NCBI RefSeq assembly: GCF_000017945.1
Contig: NC_009776.1
Span: forward strand, 480,001-512,000
Length of the DNA: 32,000 nt
Origin: Ignicoccus hospitalis KIN4/I
Lineage (GTDB): Archaea; Thermoproteota; Thermoprotei_A; Sulfolobales; Ignicoccaceae
Reading direction: 5' to 3'
The notes beneath the pieces are model-generated. The model searched no databases. It had not been told where the DNA came from and saw nothing but the letters and a program-made list of their open reading frames with translations. How positions within the stretch are numbered: the first letter of the stretch is position 1; the number at the start of each line of letters is the position of its first letter. Position numbers and translations under genes: made by a program. Positions 16,512-23,796 of the stretch are shown here, piece after piece.

Positions 16512-17167
16512 CTTCGCCCCCTAACCCCTCGGGGCAGGGGGACTTTTGCGTGTCTGGCGAGCGTCCCGAGGCCCAAGGACTCGTAGAATTCAACTGAGTC
16601 CTTCTCGTAGACTTTGTCTATTACTATTAGGTCGTAACTCGGCCTGCCCTTGGGCTCCCTCAGCTTCAAGCTCTCCTCGGTGTTTACGTGAGCGAACTCG
16701 AGGGGGTCTCTGGTCAACAAGGCGCTCCCCACCAGGACCGCCCTCTCCGCCTGCCTGAGGAAGTCCGTCATCTTGCCGCTGAACACAGTGAAGGAGCCGG
16801 GGTTGACCACGCTGAGCACCGTGGCCTCCACGCCTTCGCTGTGCAAGGGGACCGCCACCTCGGCGTCGAAGGCTTCTCTGAAGGCGTTCAAGGCCTCCAA
16901 CGTACCCCTCTTAAGCCAAGGGTGGTCCCCGGGGGCCACCGCCCACGTCCCCTCGCCCAAGGCCCTCACCGCGTGGGCCGGCCCCCTCCCCTCGTCGTAC
17001 ATACACTTGGCGAAGCCGTAAAGCTTACACCTCTCCTCACTAGTCGTAAGCCCCACGTCCGGCCTCAAGTTTAACAAGACCGCGTCTATTACCCTCCTCC
17101 CGTCGACCAGAGCTAACAGCTTGTCCTTGCCGAAGCGCTTGCTCCTCCCGCCGGCGAGGACCGCTAC
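16508..17167 (-). CDS. MobA-like nucleotidyltransferase (no canonical start codon upstream of its NTP-binding motif)
   Basis: Hand translation upstream of the listed TTG (17077) gives an in-frame RVAVLAGGRSKRFGKDKLLALVDGRRVIDAV, the MobA/NTP_transf_3 signature. The downstream DEGRGPAHAV block fits MobA. The 5' end is approximate. Confidence 0.65.
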   Translation of the reverse strand, partial: VAVLAGGRSKRFGKDKLLALVDGRRVIDAVLLNLRPDVGLTTSEERCKLYGFAKCMYDEGRGPAHAVRALGEGTWAVAPGDHPWLKRGTLEALNAFREAFDAEVAVPLHSEGVEATVLSVVNPGSFTVFSGKMTDFLRQAERAVLVGSALLTRDPLEFAHVNTEESLKLREPKGRPSYDLIVIDKVYEKDSVEFYESLGLGTLARHAKVPLPRGVRGRR

Positions 17168-17682
17168 CCTCGTAGCTCCTTCACCATTAAGTAGGCGTCC
17201 TCGCCGTCCAAATAGTATGCACGTATCACCTTGTAGACGGTGTAGCCGAACTTCGAGTAGAGCCGGATGGCCCTCTGGTTGCTGACCCTCACCTCGAGGA
17301 ACGAGAAGTCCACGCCGTCCTCCTCCAAGCGTCTCAAGTACTCTCTCATCAAAGCGCTACCAACCCCCATCCCCCAGTACTCCTTCAAGACTCCCAAGGA
17401 AAGGAGGTGAGAGGCCCTCTCGCCGGCCTTCACCCTCTGTGCCAAACTGACGTCCGGTATCATTAGGCTCCCCCTCCTCTCTATTATGGACATTAGGTAG
17501 CCGACCACCTTCCCGTCCACGAGGGCGACGAGGAAGTAGCGGGGACTGATCTTGTGTATGAATTCGAAGAAGCTGAAGGGGTAGTTCTCGGGCAACACCG
17601 CCCTGTTTATCATAACCACGGTCGGCAAGTCCTCGTATTTTGCTTCCCTGACCTCGACCTCCCTAGCCTTAATTGCCGTCAC
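17164..17682 (-). CDS. rimI: RimI/Ard1-type N-acetyltransferase (GNAT)
   Basis: INRAVLPENYPFSFF plus the acetyl-CoA motif LGVLKEYWGMGVGSALM. GTG at 17682 gives 172 aa. The longer listed ORF runs into the coaBC start. Confidence 0.8.
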   Translation of the reverse strand: MTAIKAREVEVREAKYEDLPTVVMINRAVLPENYPFSFFEFIHKISPRYFLVALVDGKVVGYLMSIIERRGSLMIPDVSLAQRVKAGERASHLLSLGVLKEYWGMGVGSALMREYLRRLEEDGVDFSFLEVRVSNQRAIRLYSKFGYTVYKVIRAYYLDGEDAYLMVKELRG

Positions 17683-17709
17683 GCGCGTCCACCTCCGGCA
17701 GTGGGAGGG

Positions 17710-18912
17710 GTGCACCCAGCGGAAGAGATCCGGGGCCTCAAGTGGCGGTCGCTCTCCGGGAAAATAATAGCTTTGGGGGTCAGCTACAGCGTGGCCTTGT
17801 ACAAGTCCATCGACGTCGCCAGGGAGCTCCTCAAGCGGGACGGGCGCGTGAAAGTGATAATGACGAGGGAAGCCTCTAGGGTCATCTCGCCGGAGGTGTT
17901 TCACTGGGCCACCGGCGAGGAGCCGGTGGTGGAGCTCACTGGAGAGACCGAGCACGTCTCTCTGGCCAAGGAGGTCAGCTCTATGGCTATAGCCCCGGCG
18001 ACGTTGAACGTTATGAGTAAGCTCGCTTACGGCGTCACAGACGACCCGGTGGTCCTAACTGCGCTAAACGTAAAGGAATACGGGAAGCCCGTGTTGATAT
18101 TCCCTTCGATGCACTTGAGCATGTTGAAGAGCCCCCAGTACGAGCGGGCCAAAGCGACGCTGGAGGAGATGGGCTACGTCGTGGTGGAACCTACGGTCGA
18201 AGGGGGGAGGGTAAGGTTCCCCGAGCCCGAGTGGGTGGCCAACTTGGTCGAGAGCGTAACCCTCAGGGGGAGGGATTATCGGGGAATCAAGGCTTTGGTC
18301 ACCTCCGGGCCCACGAGGGAGTACATAGACCGCATACGACTCATATCCAACCCGAGCACCGGCAAGATGGGCTCCTCCCTCGCTTGGGAGCTGTTCGCCA
18401 GGGGGGCGGAGGTGACGGTAGTCCACGGGCCCTCTCAAGCGGTCTACCCCCCGTGGGTCAAGAGGGTTCCCGTAGAGACAACGGAAGAGATGGCCGAGGC
18501 CGTAAGCGAGGAGGAGTACGACGTCGCTTTCTTGGCGGCCGCGCCGGCCGATTACAAGCCGGAGAGGCGCTTCGAGGGCAAGCTGGACTCGGCGGAAGGG
18601 GTGGAGCTCAAGCTCGTGCCGACGCCGAAGGTGGCCAAGAGGGTAAGGGCGAGGGTCAAGGTGGGCTTCACGGCGATAGTGGGCGAGGACGTGCTGGGTC
18701 AAGCGGAGAACAAGCTGGAGAAGTATGGATTTGACATGATAGTTGCTAACAGAGTGGACAGGAAAGACATAGGGTTTGCGTCTGATATGAACGAAGTATT
18801 CATATTGCACAAGGACGGGAGGGTGAAACACGTCGCAAAGGTGCCCAAGCTCTTGGTGGCCAGGGCGATACTGGACGAGGTTAAGGAGCTGCTGCGCTCC
18901 GATCAACCTTAA
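17710..18912 (+). CDS. coaBC: Bifunctional phosphopantothenoylcysteine decarboxylase / phosphopantothenate-cysteine ligase
   Basis: Flavoprotein domain (GKIIALGVSYSVALYKS, PATLNVMSKLAYGV) and ligase domain (ALVTSGPTREYIDRIRLISNPSTGKMG). The in-frame GTG at 17710 is the nearest start before the first beta-strand. Confidence 0.85.
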   Translation: MHPAEEIRGLKWRSLSGKIIALGVSYSVALYKSIDVARELLKRDGRVKVIMTREASRVISPEVFHWATGEEPVVELTGETEHVSLAKEVSSMAIAPATLNVMSKLAYGVTDDPVVLTALNVKEYGKPVLIFPSMHLSMLKSPQYERAKATLEEMGYVVVEPTVEGGRVRFPEPEWVANLVESVTLRGRDYRGIKALVTSGPTREYIDRIRLISNPSTGKMGSSLAWELFARGAEVTVVHGPSQAVYPPWVKRVPVETTEEMAEAVSEEEYDVAFLAAAPADYKPERRFEGKLDSAEGVELKLVPTPKVAKRVRARVKVGFTAIVGEDVLGQAENKLEKYGFDMIVANRVDRKDIGFASDMNEVFILHKDGRVKHVAKVPKLLVARAILDEVKELLRSDQP

Positions 18913-18916
18913 ATAG
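18909..18916 (+). promoter_or_regulatory. TATA box (TTAAATAG) for tRNA-Arg
   Basis: Lies ~31-38 nt upstream of the mature tRNA 5' end and contains the coaBC TAA stop (18910-18912). Confidence 0.5.
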
Positions 18917-18946
18917 CCCTTCGGAGGCCGACTCCCGGACCCGGAG

Positions 18947-19024
18947 GGCCCCGTCGCCTAGCCAGGATAGGGCGCCGGCCTTCTAAGCCGGTAGTCCCGG
19001 GTTCAAATCCCGGCGGGGCCACCA
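18947..19024 (+). tRNA. tRNA-Arg (anticodon UCU), CCA encoded
   Basis: Cloverleaf folded by hand. Acceptor stem GGCCCCG/CGGGGCC; D stem GCCU/GGGC; anticodon stem CCGGC/GCCGG with loop CU-UCU-AA; 5-nt variable loop; T arm CCGGG-UUCAAAU-CCCGG; discriminator A followed by CCA. Confidence 0.9.
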
Positions 19025-20097
19025 CCCCCGTCGCCCTTCCGGGCCCCCTCAGAGAGCGTTAAAGGCGCGCTAGTCGCTGTCAAAACGTAACAAATAGCGA
19101 TATTCATCAAGATCCCGAAGGTTCCGAAGAACGAGACCGTTATCCCGCCTATTACGTTACCCAAGTCCCTTCCCAAGTTTATCAAGCCTATTCTCTTCCC
19201 CACGTCGCCCGCCCTAGCGGCCGCCGTTAAGGCGCTCCGCCACCAAGCTAGGAAGCCTTGGGCGAACAGCACCGAGGCCGCGCCGGTCTTAGGGTCCCCG
19301 TGTAGCAAGAACGAAGAGGAAACCAAGGAGCCGGCGGCCGGCAAGAACAGCGAGGCCGGAGACTGTCGGACGTCCAAGAGCGCCCTGCCGGCGAAGTAAC
19401 TCGCCGCGCTCCCCGCGGCCGAGGCCGCCGAGAGCAGAGCCCCGGAAAGCCACCGACCGAACGCCGAGCCCATCAGGTACATTATTATTTCCGAATTTAC
19501 GAGCACATTCAACATCCCTATCGAAATGGCCATCATTAGGAGCGGAAGCGGAGGGGGCGCGAACAGCCCCCTCTTGGTACGCCTTACAAACTTTATCTTG
19601 TCAGATTCTTTAAACAAGTAGATGGAGAGCGTTAGCAACGTTAAGGAAGAGGTCAACAAGGCCTCCGACGGGGCGAGGGCGCCTATCAAGTAGGCCAAGC
19701 TCGCCCCGGCGTTGCCTACGAAGAAGTACAACGAGGATACCCTAGCCCTCTCGTGGTCCTTAGTGCTCATCATCACTAAGGCTTGCATGGAGGGCCAAGT
19801 GAGGCCCGAGGCGAGCCCGTGGAGGAGCCTTAGGGCCGGGTAGGCGGAGGGCGGGGCTAGGTAGTAGCCCAGTCCTATCGCGGACAGCGCGGCGAAGCCG
19901 GAGGCGGTGACCTTCCCGCCGTACTTGTTAACTGCCTCGCTCGAAAGGAAGGAAACTAACGCCCTGCCCAAGCTGAAGGCCACCGCGAGGCCGGCCATGA
20001 AGCTCAGCCCTTCGTCCAACTCCTTGAACGCGCTCCCGGTCCTCAACGTAACTCCGCTCAAGACCCCCAAGAAAGTAGCTACCAAGAGCCCCTTCAT
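19003..20097 (-). CDS. MFS-type transporter
   Basis: 364 aa with ~10-12 TM segments in two halves separated by a basic loop (KFVRRTKRG). The last ~7 codons overlap the 3' end of the convergent tRNA-Arg. Confidence 0.6.
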   Translation of the reverse strand: MKGLLVATFLGVLSGVTLRTGSAFKELDEGLSFMAGLAVAFSLGRALVSFLSSEAVNKYGGKVTASGFAALSAIGLGYYLAPPSAYPALRLLHGLASGLTWPSMQALVMMSTKDHERARVSSLYFFVGNAGASLAYLIGALAPSEALLTSSLTLLTLSIYLFKESDKIKFVRRTKRGLFAPPPLPLLMMAISIGMLNVLVNSEIIMYLMGSAFGRWLSGALLSAASAAGSAASYFAGRALLDVRQSPASLFLPAAGSLVSSSFLLHGDPKTGAASVLFAQGFLAWWRSALTAAARAGDVGKRIGLINLGRDLGNVIGGITVSFFGTFGILMNIAICYVLTATSAPLTLSEGARKGDGGGGPAGI

Positions 20098-20196
20098 CGC
20101 TGGCCCCAGCGCGCCGGGAGAGGGGCCTTGTTAGGCCAGTTGGCCGCTTGAACCTTATTATAGTTCCACATTAGGGAGAACGTCCGGTGGCGTGGG

Positions 20197-20850
20197 GTGG
20201 TCGTTCGAGCCTTAGCGGTCCTAGCGCTGTTCGCCGCGGCCGCGTACGCGATAAGTTGCGAAGACATAATGGTTGGTATCAAAGTAAGCAACGAGACGGG
20301 GTATTATTACTATTACTTCTCGCCCCACAGCTGGCAGAAGGTGTACAAGCTGGTCCAGATCGAAGGGGGTAAGAAGATAGAGAGGGCGAGGCTTTACATC
20401 ACGTTGATCAACGAGAGCGAGCCCACCCCCGTCGGCAGGCTGGTGATGAAGCCCGCCGACTTGAGGACCGTGGTTGGGGCGTGGAACGTTACGGAGGCCG
20501 TCGTCGAGGGCGAATTTCGATACCCCTCCGGCACCTTAGTGGTATGCCTCCAACAAGGGGAACAAGCGTACGTCTTGATACAGAAGAAGGGTGCGGTCGG
20601 GTGGTGGGTCGGTGCCGGCAAGACGGTGCCCATAATGGCGACCAAGGGGTTCTCTGAGTACGAAATAGAGCTTCAAGGGGGCGGGAAGGTCTTCTTCATG
20701 CCCGACGGCGCGGTGGGAGAGTCCGGCGTGAAGCTGGTGCCCGTGGAGAGGGGAGGCGGTCCCGGGTTGCTGGGCGTGCCCTCTCTAATACAAATGGCCG
20801 TCACCGCGTTACTCCTCGCGGCAGTCGTGTTCTTCCTAATGCCCAAGTAA
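20197..20850 (+). CDS. Secreted/surface protein with N-terminal signal peptide and C-terminal TM anchor
   Basis: Signal-like MVVRALAVLALFAAAAYA, N-glycosylation sequons (NET, NES, NVT), and a C-terminal GGGPGLLGVPS linker followed by LIQMAVTALLLAAVVFFLM. Confidence 0.6.
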   Translation: MVVRALAVLALFAAAAYAISCEDIMVGIKVSNETGYYYYYFSPHSWQKVYKLVQIEGGKKIERARLYITLINESEPTPVGRLVMKPADLRTVVGAWNVTEAVVEGEFRYPSGTLVVCLQQGEQAYVLIQKKGAVGWWVGAGKTVPIMATKGFSEYEIELQGGGKVFFMPDGAVGESGVKLVPVERGGGPGLLGVPSLIQMAVTALLLAAVVFFLMPK

Positions 20851-20862
20851 ATCTATTAAGAA

Positions 20863-20874
20863 TTTTTATTATTT
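20863..20874 (+). terminator. Oligo-T tract (TTTTTATTATTT) downstream of the surface-protein gene
   Basis: A T-run 13 nt after the stop codon. Archaeal intrinsic termination typically uses oligo-T. Confidence 0.35.
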
Positions 20875-20909
20875 CAAACTTTGTGGAGCGTTTAGGAGTT
20901 GGGAGCTTG

Positions 20910-20985
20910 TGGTAGCCGGGCGGGGATTCGAACCCCGGTCACGGGGGCCAGAGCCCCGCATCCTTGGCCGCTAGACGACCCGGCT
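20910..20985 (-). tRNA. tRNA-Gln (anticodon CUG), CCA encoded
   Basis: The reverse complement folds by hand. Acceptor stem AGCCGGG/CCCGGCU (A1-U72); anticodon stem CGGGG/CCCCG with loop CU-CUG-GC; T arm CGGGG-UUCGAAU-CCCCG; discriminator A followed by CCA. Confidence 0.9.
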
Positions 20986-21010
20986 CCGGGACCCTCCCCG
21001 TACAGATCTT

Positions 21011-21023
21011 TTTAAATTTTTAA
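21011..21023 (-). promoter_or_regulatory. TATA box (TTAAAAATTTAAA) for tRNA-Gln
   Basis: An A/T block centred ~30 nt upstream of the tRNA 5' end. It includes the TAA stop of the DHH gene (21020-21022). Confidence 0.5.
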
Positions 21024-21985
21024 GGACCCTTCTCGCCCCCTACGGACGAAGGAAGCTCGAGGTGTAAGTCTAAGATCTTGAGGACCTTTTCCAACTCGTG
21101 GCTCCTCAAGTTCGCCGAACAGACGACGTCCTTCCCACCCACTTCCTTTATCCCGGCGCTCCTGAGCGCCTCTATTAGGACGGTATAGTCCTTCTTCCCG
21201 CCCCTGCAGTACACCCTAGCGCCGGCGTCCCAAGCGATCACTATGATCGTCTCCTTACCCCTGTTCAACCTCTTCCAGAGGGAGGAGGCTACCAGCGCCG
21301 CCCTCTCGTCCCTTACTACGCAAACCCTCCTGTACCCCTCGTCCCAGCACTCCGCCCTCCGCTCCAGCTCCTCCACCAGCTTGAGCGCTTCCTCCCTCTT
21401 AGCTCGCAACCTCCGGTCCTCCAAGATTTCGCTCAAGCTGTTAGCCTTAGAGACCTTCTTTATTGAGTAGTATATGCAGTCGTAGTCCAGTAGCTTGTAG
21501 CAAGAGTTCAGGAGGGCCGCCGCTTCTACGACGTCCTCCCCACGCACTTTCTCCTTCCTCAATATGGCCTCCCAGACCTCGTTGCCCCACGGGTCGTGGA
21601 GGTCCCCGGCTATAGCCACCGCGTCCCGCCAGTCGTACGGCAGCCCGAAGTAGTCGGAGACCACCAAGGAGGCGCTCGGGACGTAGTTCCCCTCTAAAGC
21701 GGGGTTGTAGACCTCCCCGCAAGGGGGCTTGGGCGCGGCGTGGTGGTCTAGGACTACCAACCCCTCGACGCCCTCGCAGAGCCTCTGCCAGTCCTCGTAC
21801 GGCATGGAATAATCCATTACGTACAGCTTTCCCCCGAGGGCCTCTGGGGGCACGGCCTCGAAGGACCACCTCCCGATACGGGGGACGTAGACCTCGACCT
21901 CCCCCAGCTTCCTAAGCGCCTTGGCCGCCGAGACTATGCCGTCCGCGTCCCAGTGGGTTAGGACTTTGACGTTACCTGAGCGCAC
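21020..21985 (-). CDS. DHH-superfamily phosphoesterase (NrnA/RecJ-like)
   Basis: 321 aa with THWDADGIVSA (motifs I/II), VVLDHHA (the DHH motif) and a GGK-containing C-terminal DHHA1-like part (EVGGKD). Confidence 0.8.
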   Translation of the reverse strand: MRSGNVKVLTHWDADGIVSAAKALRKLGEVEVYVPRIGRWSFEAVPPEALGGKLYVMDYSMPYEDWQRLCEGVEGLVVLDHHAAPKPPCGEVYNPALEGNYVPSASLVVSDYFGLPYDWRDAVAIAGDLHDPWGNEVWEAILRKEKVRGEDVVEAAALLNSCYKLLDYDCIYYSIKKVSKANSLSEILEDRRLRAKREEALKLVEELERRAECWDEGYRRVCVVRDERAALVASSLWKRLNRGKETIIVIAWDAGARVYCRGGKKDYTVLIEALRSAGIKEVGGKDVVCSANLRSHELEKVLKILDLHLELPSSVGGEKGP

Positions 21986-22241
21986 CCTCCTCGCCCTCCT
22001 TTAGGTGCAACGCCCTCCTCCTCCTAACCTTGAACTCCGGCGCCACTTTGAGTAGAGCCCTTTCGACCTCCTCCCCGCTCCCCAGGTCGACTACTTCGGC
22101 CTCCGAGTAGAGCGGGTACACGTAGACCAGCGCCGCGATCCTTTCGTCCTTCATCACTATCAGCCAGTTCGCGTGCCTCGAGACGTAGAAGCCCCTCGCC
22201 CTCAGCTCCTCCGCCAGCCTTCGGGGCACTAGCTCCCTCAA
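21972..22241 (-). CDS. Small hypothetical protein (89 aa)
   Basis: ORF bridging the CinA-like and DHH genes. TTGA overlap upstream and 14-nt overlap downstream. I recognise no motif. Confidence 0.45.
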   Translation of the reverse strand: MRELVPRRLAEELRARGFYVSRHANWLIVMKDERIAALVYVYPLYSEAEVVDLGSGEEVERALLKVAPEFKVRRRRALHLKEGEEGALR

Positions 22242-23002
22242 GCTCCCAACCTACCCTTTATGGCCTTAACTACCTTTGAAGCCTTCCTCTTAGCCGTCTC
22301 CTCGTCGTCGGCCGTTGCCAGTGCGCAGACCTTCACGTAAGGAGTTCCGTCCTTCATCCCCGGATGCGTCTTTATATATATATCGGGGTAGGTCTTCGCC
22401 ATTTCCTCTATCAAGGGGGCTATGTCAGCCTCTCTGACTCCCTCCAACACCTCGCACGCCTCCCCCTTGCGGAAGAGGGACAAGTCCTCCAACTCTTCTA
22501 CGACGTAGTCTAACATCGCCTCCACCTCCGCGGGCACCCCGGGGAGGGCGAAGACCCTCTTCTGGCCGACCTTGATGTATATACCGGGCGCGACCCCTAC
22601 GGGGTTCGGTATCGGTTTGGCCGTCAAGGGCATTATAGCCATCTTCAACCTCTCCTTTGTCATATCCAAACCCATCTTCTTTATCTTCTCTTCTACCATT
22701 TCCTTGGCCCTCTCGTTCAGCCCCAAGGGAAGCACCAGCGCGAGGGAGAGCGCCTCGGCGGTGACGTCGTCGTAGGTGGGGCCCAAGCCTCCGGTAGTTA
22801 TCAAGACGTTGGATATATGTAGAAGGTCCTTGGCGTTCTCCGCTATCTCCGTTATGTTGTCTCTAACCTTCCTTATTTCTATAATTTCGTAACCTAACAT
22901 GGTAAGCGTCCTCGCGACCTTAGCGGAATTGGTGTCGACGACCCTCCCGATCAACACTTCGTTACCAATTATGAGGATGGAAGACCTCCAAAGCTCGGTC
23001 AA
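22238..23002 (-). CDS. CinA-like / COG1058 MoCF-domain protein (pyrophosphatase family)
   Basis: 254 aa with ILIIGNEVLIGRVVDTNSAKVA and VLITTGGLGPTYDDVT motifs (MoaB/Mog/CinA N-terminal fold) plus an ~80-aa C-terminal domain. No PncC domain. Confidence 0.8.
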   Translation of the reverse strand: MTELWRSSILIIGNEVLIGRVVDTNSAKVARTLTMLGYEIIEIRKVRDNITEIAENAKDLLHISNVLITTGGLGPTYDDVTAEALSLALVLPLGLNERAKEMVEEKIKKMGLDMTKERLKMAIMPLTAKPIPNPVGVAPGIYIKVGQKRVFALPGVPAEVEAMLDYVVEELEDLSLFRKGEACEVLEGVREADIAPLIEEMAKTYPDIYIKTHPGMKDGTPYVKVCALATADDEETAKRKASKVVKAIKGRLGA

Positions 23003-23796
23003 GACCTTAAGTCACCCTTGATCTGGTCGGCCACCTTCTTGCCAGACAACAACATGCCGGATATTGCCGGCCCCATCCTGGGGAGTCTCTTCCAGCTCGC
23101 GACCGACATCCCGGCCGCGTAGAGGCCGTCCACCACCTTCCCGGTCTCTTTGACTACGAGCTCCTCCGCCCTCTCCGCCCAAGCGCCCTTCTCGGTGGCC
23201 ACGCCCAAAGGTAAGTTCAACTTCCTCTCAGCGACCTTCAAGACCTCCGCCCCGTGGCCGGTGGCGTCCACGACGGCTTTTGACTTGAAGAATATGGGAT
23301 CTACATGCAAACCGGCTATTTCAATGGGAGACCAGAGGGCCACCACGCCCGTCACTTTCACCTTCCCGTCGACTTCTCTGTATATCAAATCCTCCACGTG
23401 CCACCCCAACAGCACCTTGGCTCCGGCCTCAACAGCCTTGAAAGCGAGGGTGGCCGTCAAAGCTACGGCGTCCACCAACTTAACCCCGTCGTACTCCGTC
23501 TCCTCCAGCGTTAGCCCTAACTCCCTTACTACGTCGGAGGTTGAGTAGCCGTCCACCTCTAAGTCCTCTACTACCACCTTGTGGAAGAGGGTTCCGCCGC
23601 CGTTTATGCCTCCGCCATAGGATATCCTGCGCTCCAGAACTAAGGTCTTGAAGCCTTCCTTAGCTAGGTAATAGGCGGCCGTGAGCCCGGCGGGGCCGGC
23701 CCCCACTACTATGACGTCGCTGCTCTGGGCATAGCTCATTAACTCCTCGGTACTCTTCTTGAGAATGGTCGTAGTTATTATTCCCTCGTCTAGCAT
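22999..23796 (-). CDS. thi4: Thiamine thiazole synthase (Thi4 family)
   Basis: 265 aa with DVIVVGAGPAGLTAAYYLA (FAD/NAD fold), LERRISYGGG and VVDATGHGAEV, typical archaeal Thi4 blocks. Confidence 0.85.
   Translation of the reverse strand: MLDEGIITTTILKKSTEELMSYAQSSDVIVVGAGPAGLTAAYYLAKEGFKTLVLERRISYGGGINGGGTLFHKVVVEDLEVDGYSTSDVVRELGLTLEETEYDGVKLVDAVALTATLAFKAVEAGAKVLLGWHVEDLIYREVDGKVKVTGVVALWSPIEIAGLHVDPIFFKSKAVVDATGHGAEVLKVAERKLNLPLGVATEKGAWAERAEELVVKETGKVVDGLYAAGMSVASWKRLPRMGPAISGMLLSGKKVADQIKGDLRS

Noticed and set aside
17554-17955. Long 5' extensions of the listed rimI (to 17955) and coaBC (from 17554) ORFs, which would overlap each other
   Set aside because: The GNAT and flavoprotein domains begin near 17682 and 17710 respectively, both with in-frame GTG starts. 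The extensions are composition artefacts.
18064-18906. 280-aa ORF antisense to coaBC (and 167-aa plus-strand ORF 18231-18734 in another frame)
   Set aside because: No motifs and skewed R/P/L/H composition. It fully overlaps a gene with clear CoaBC motifs.
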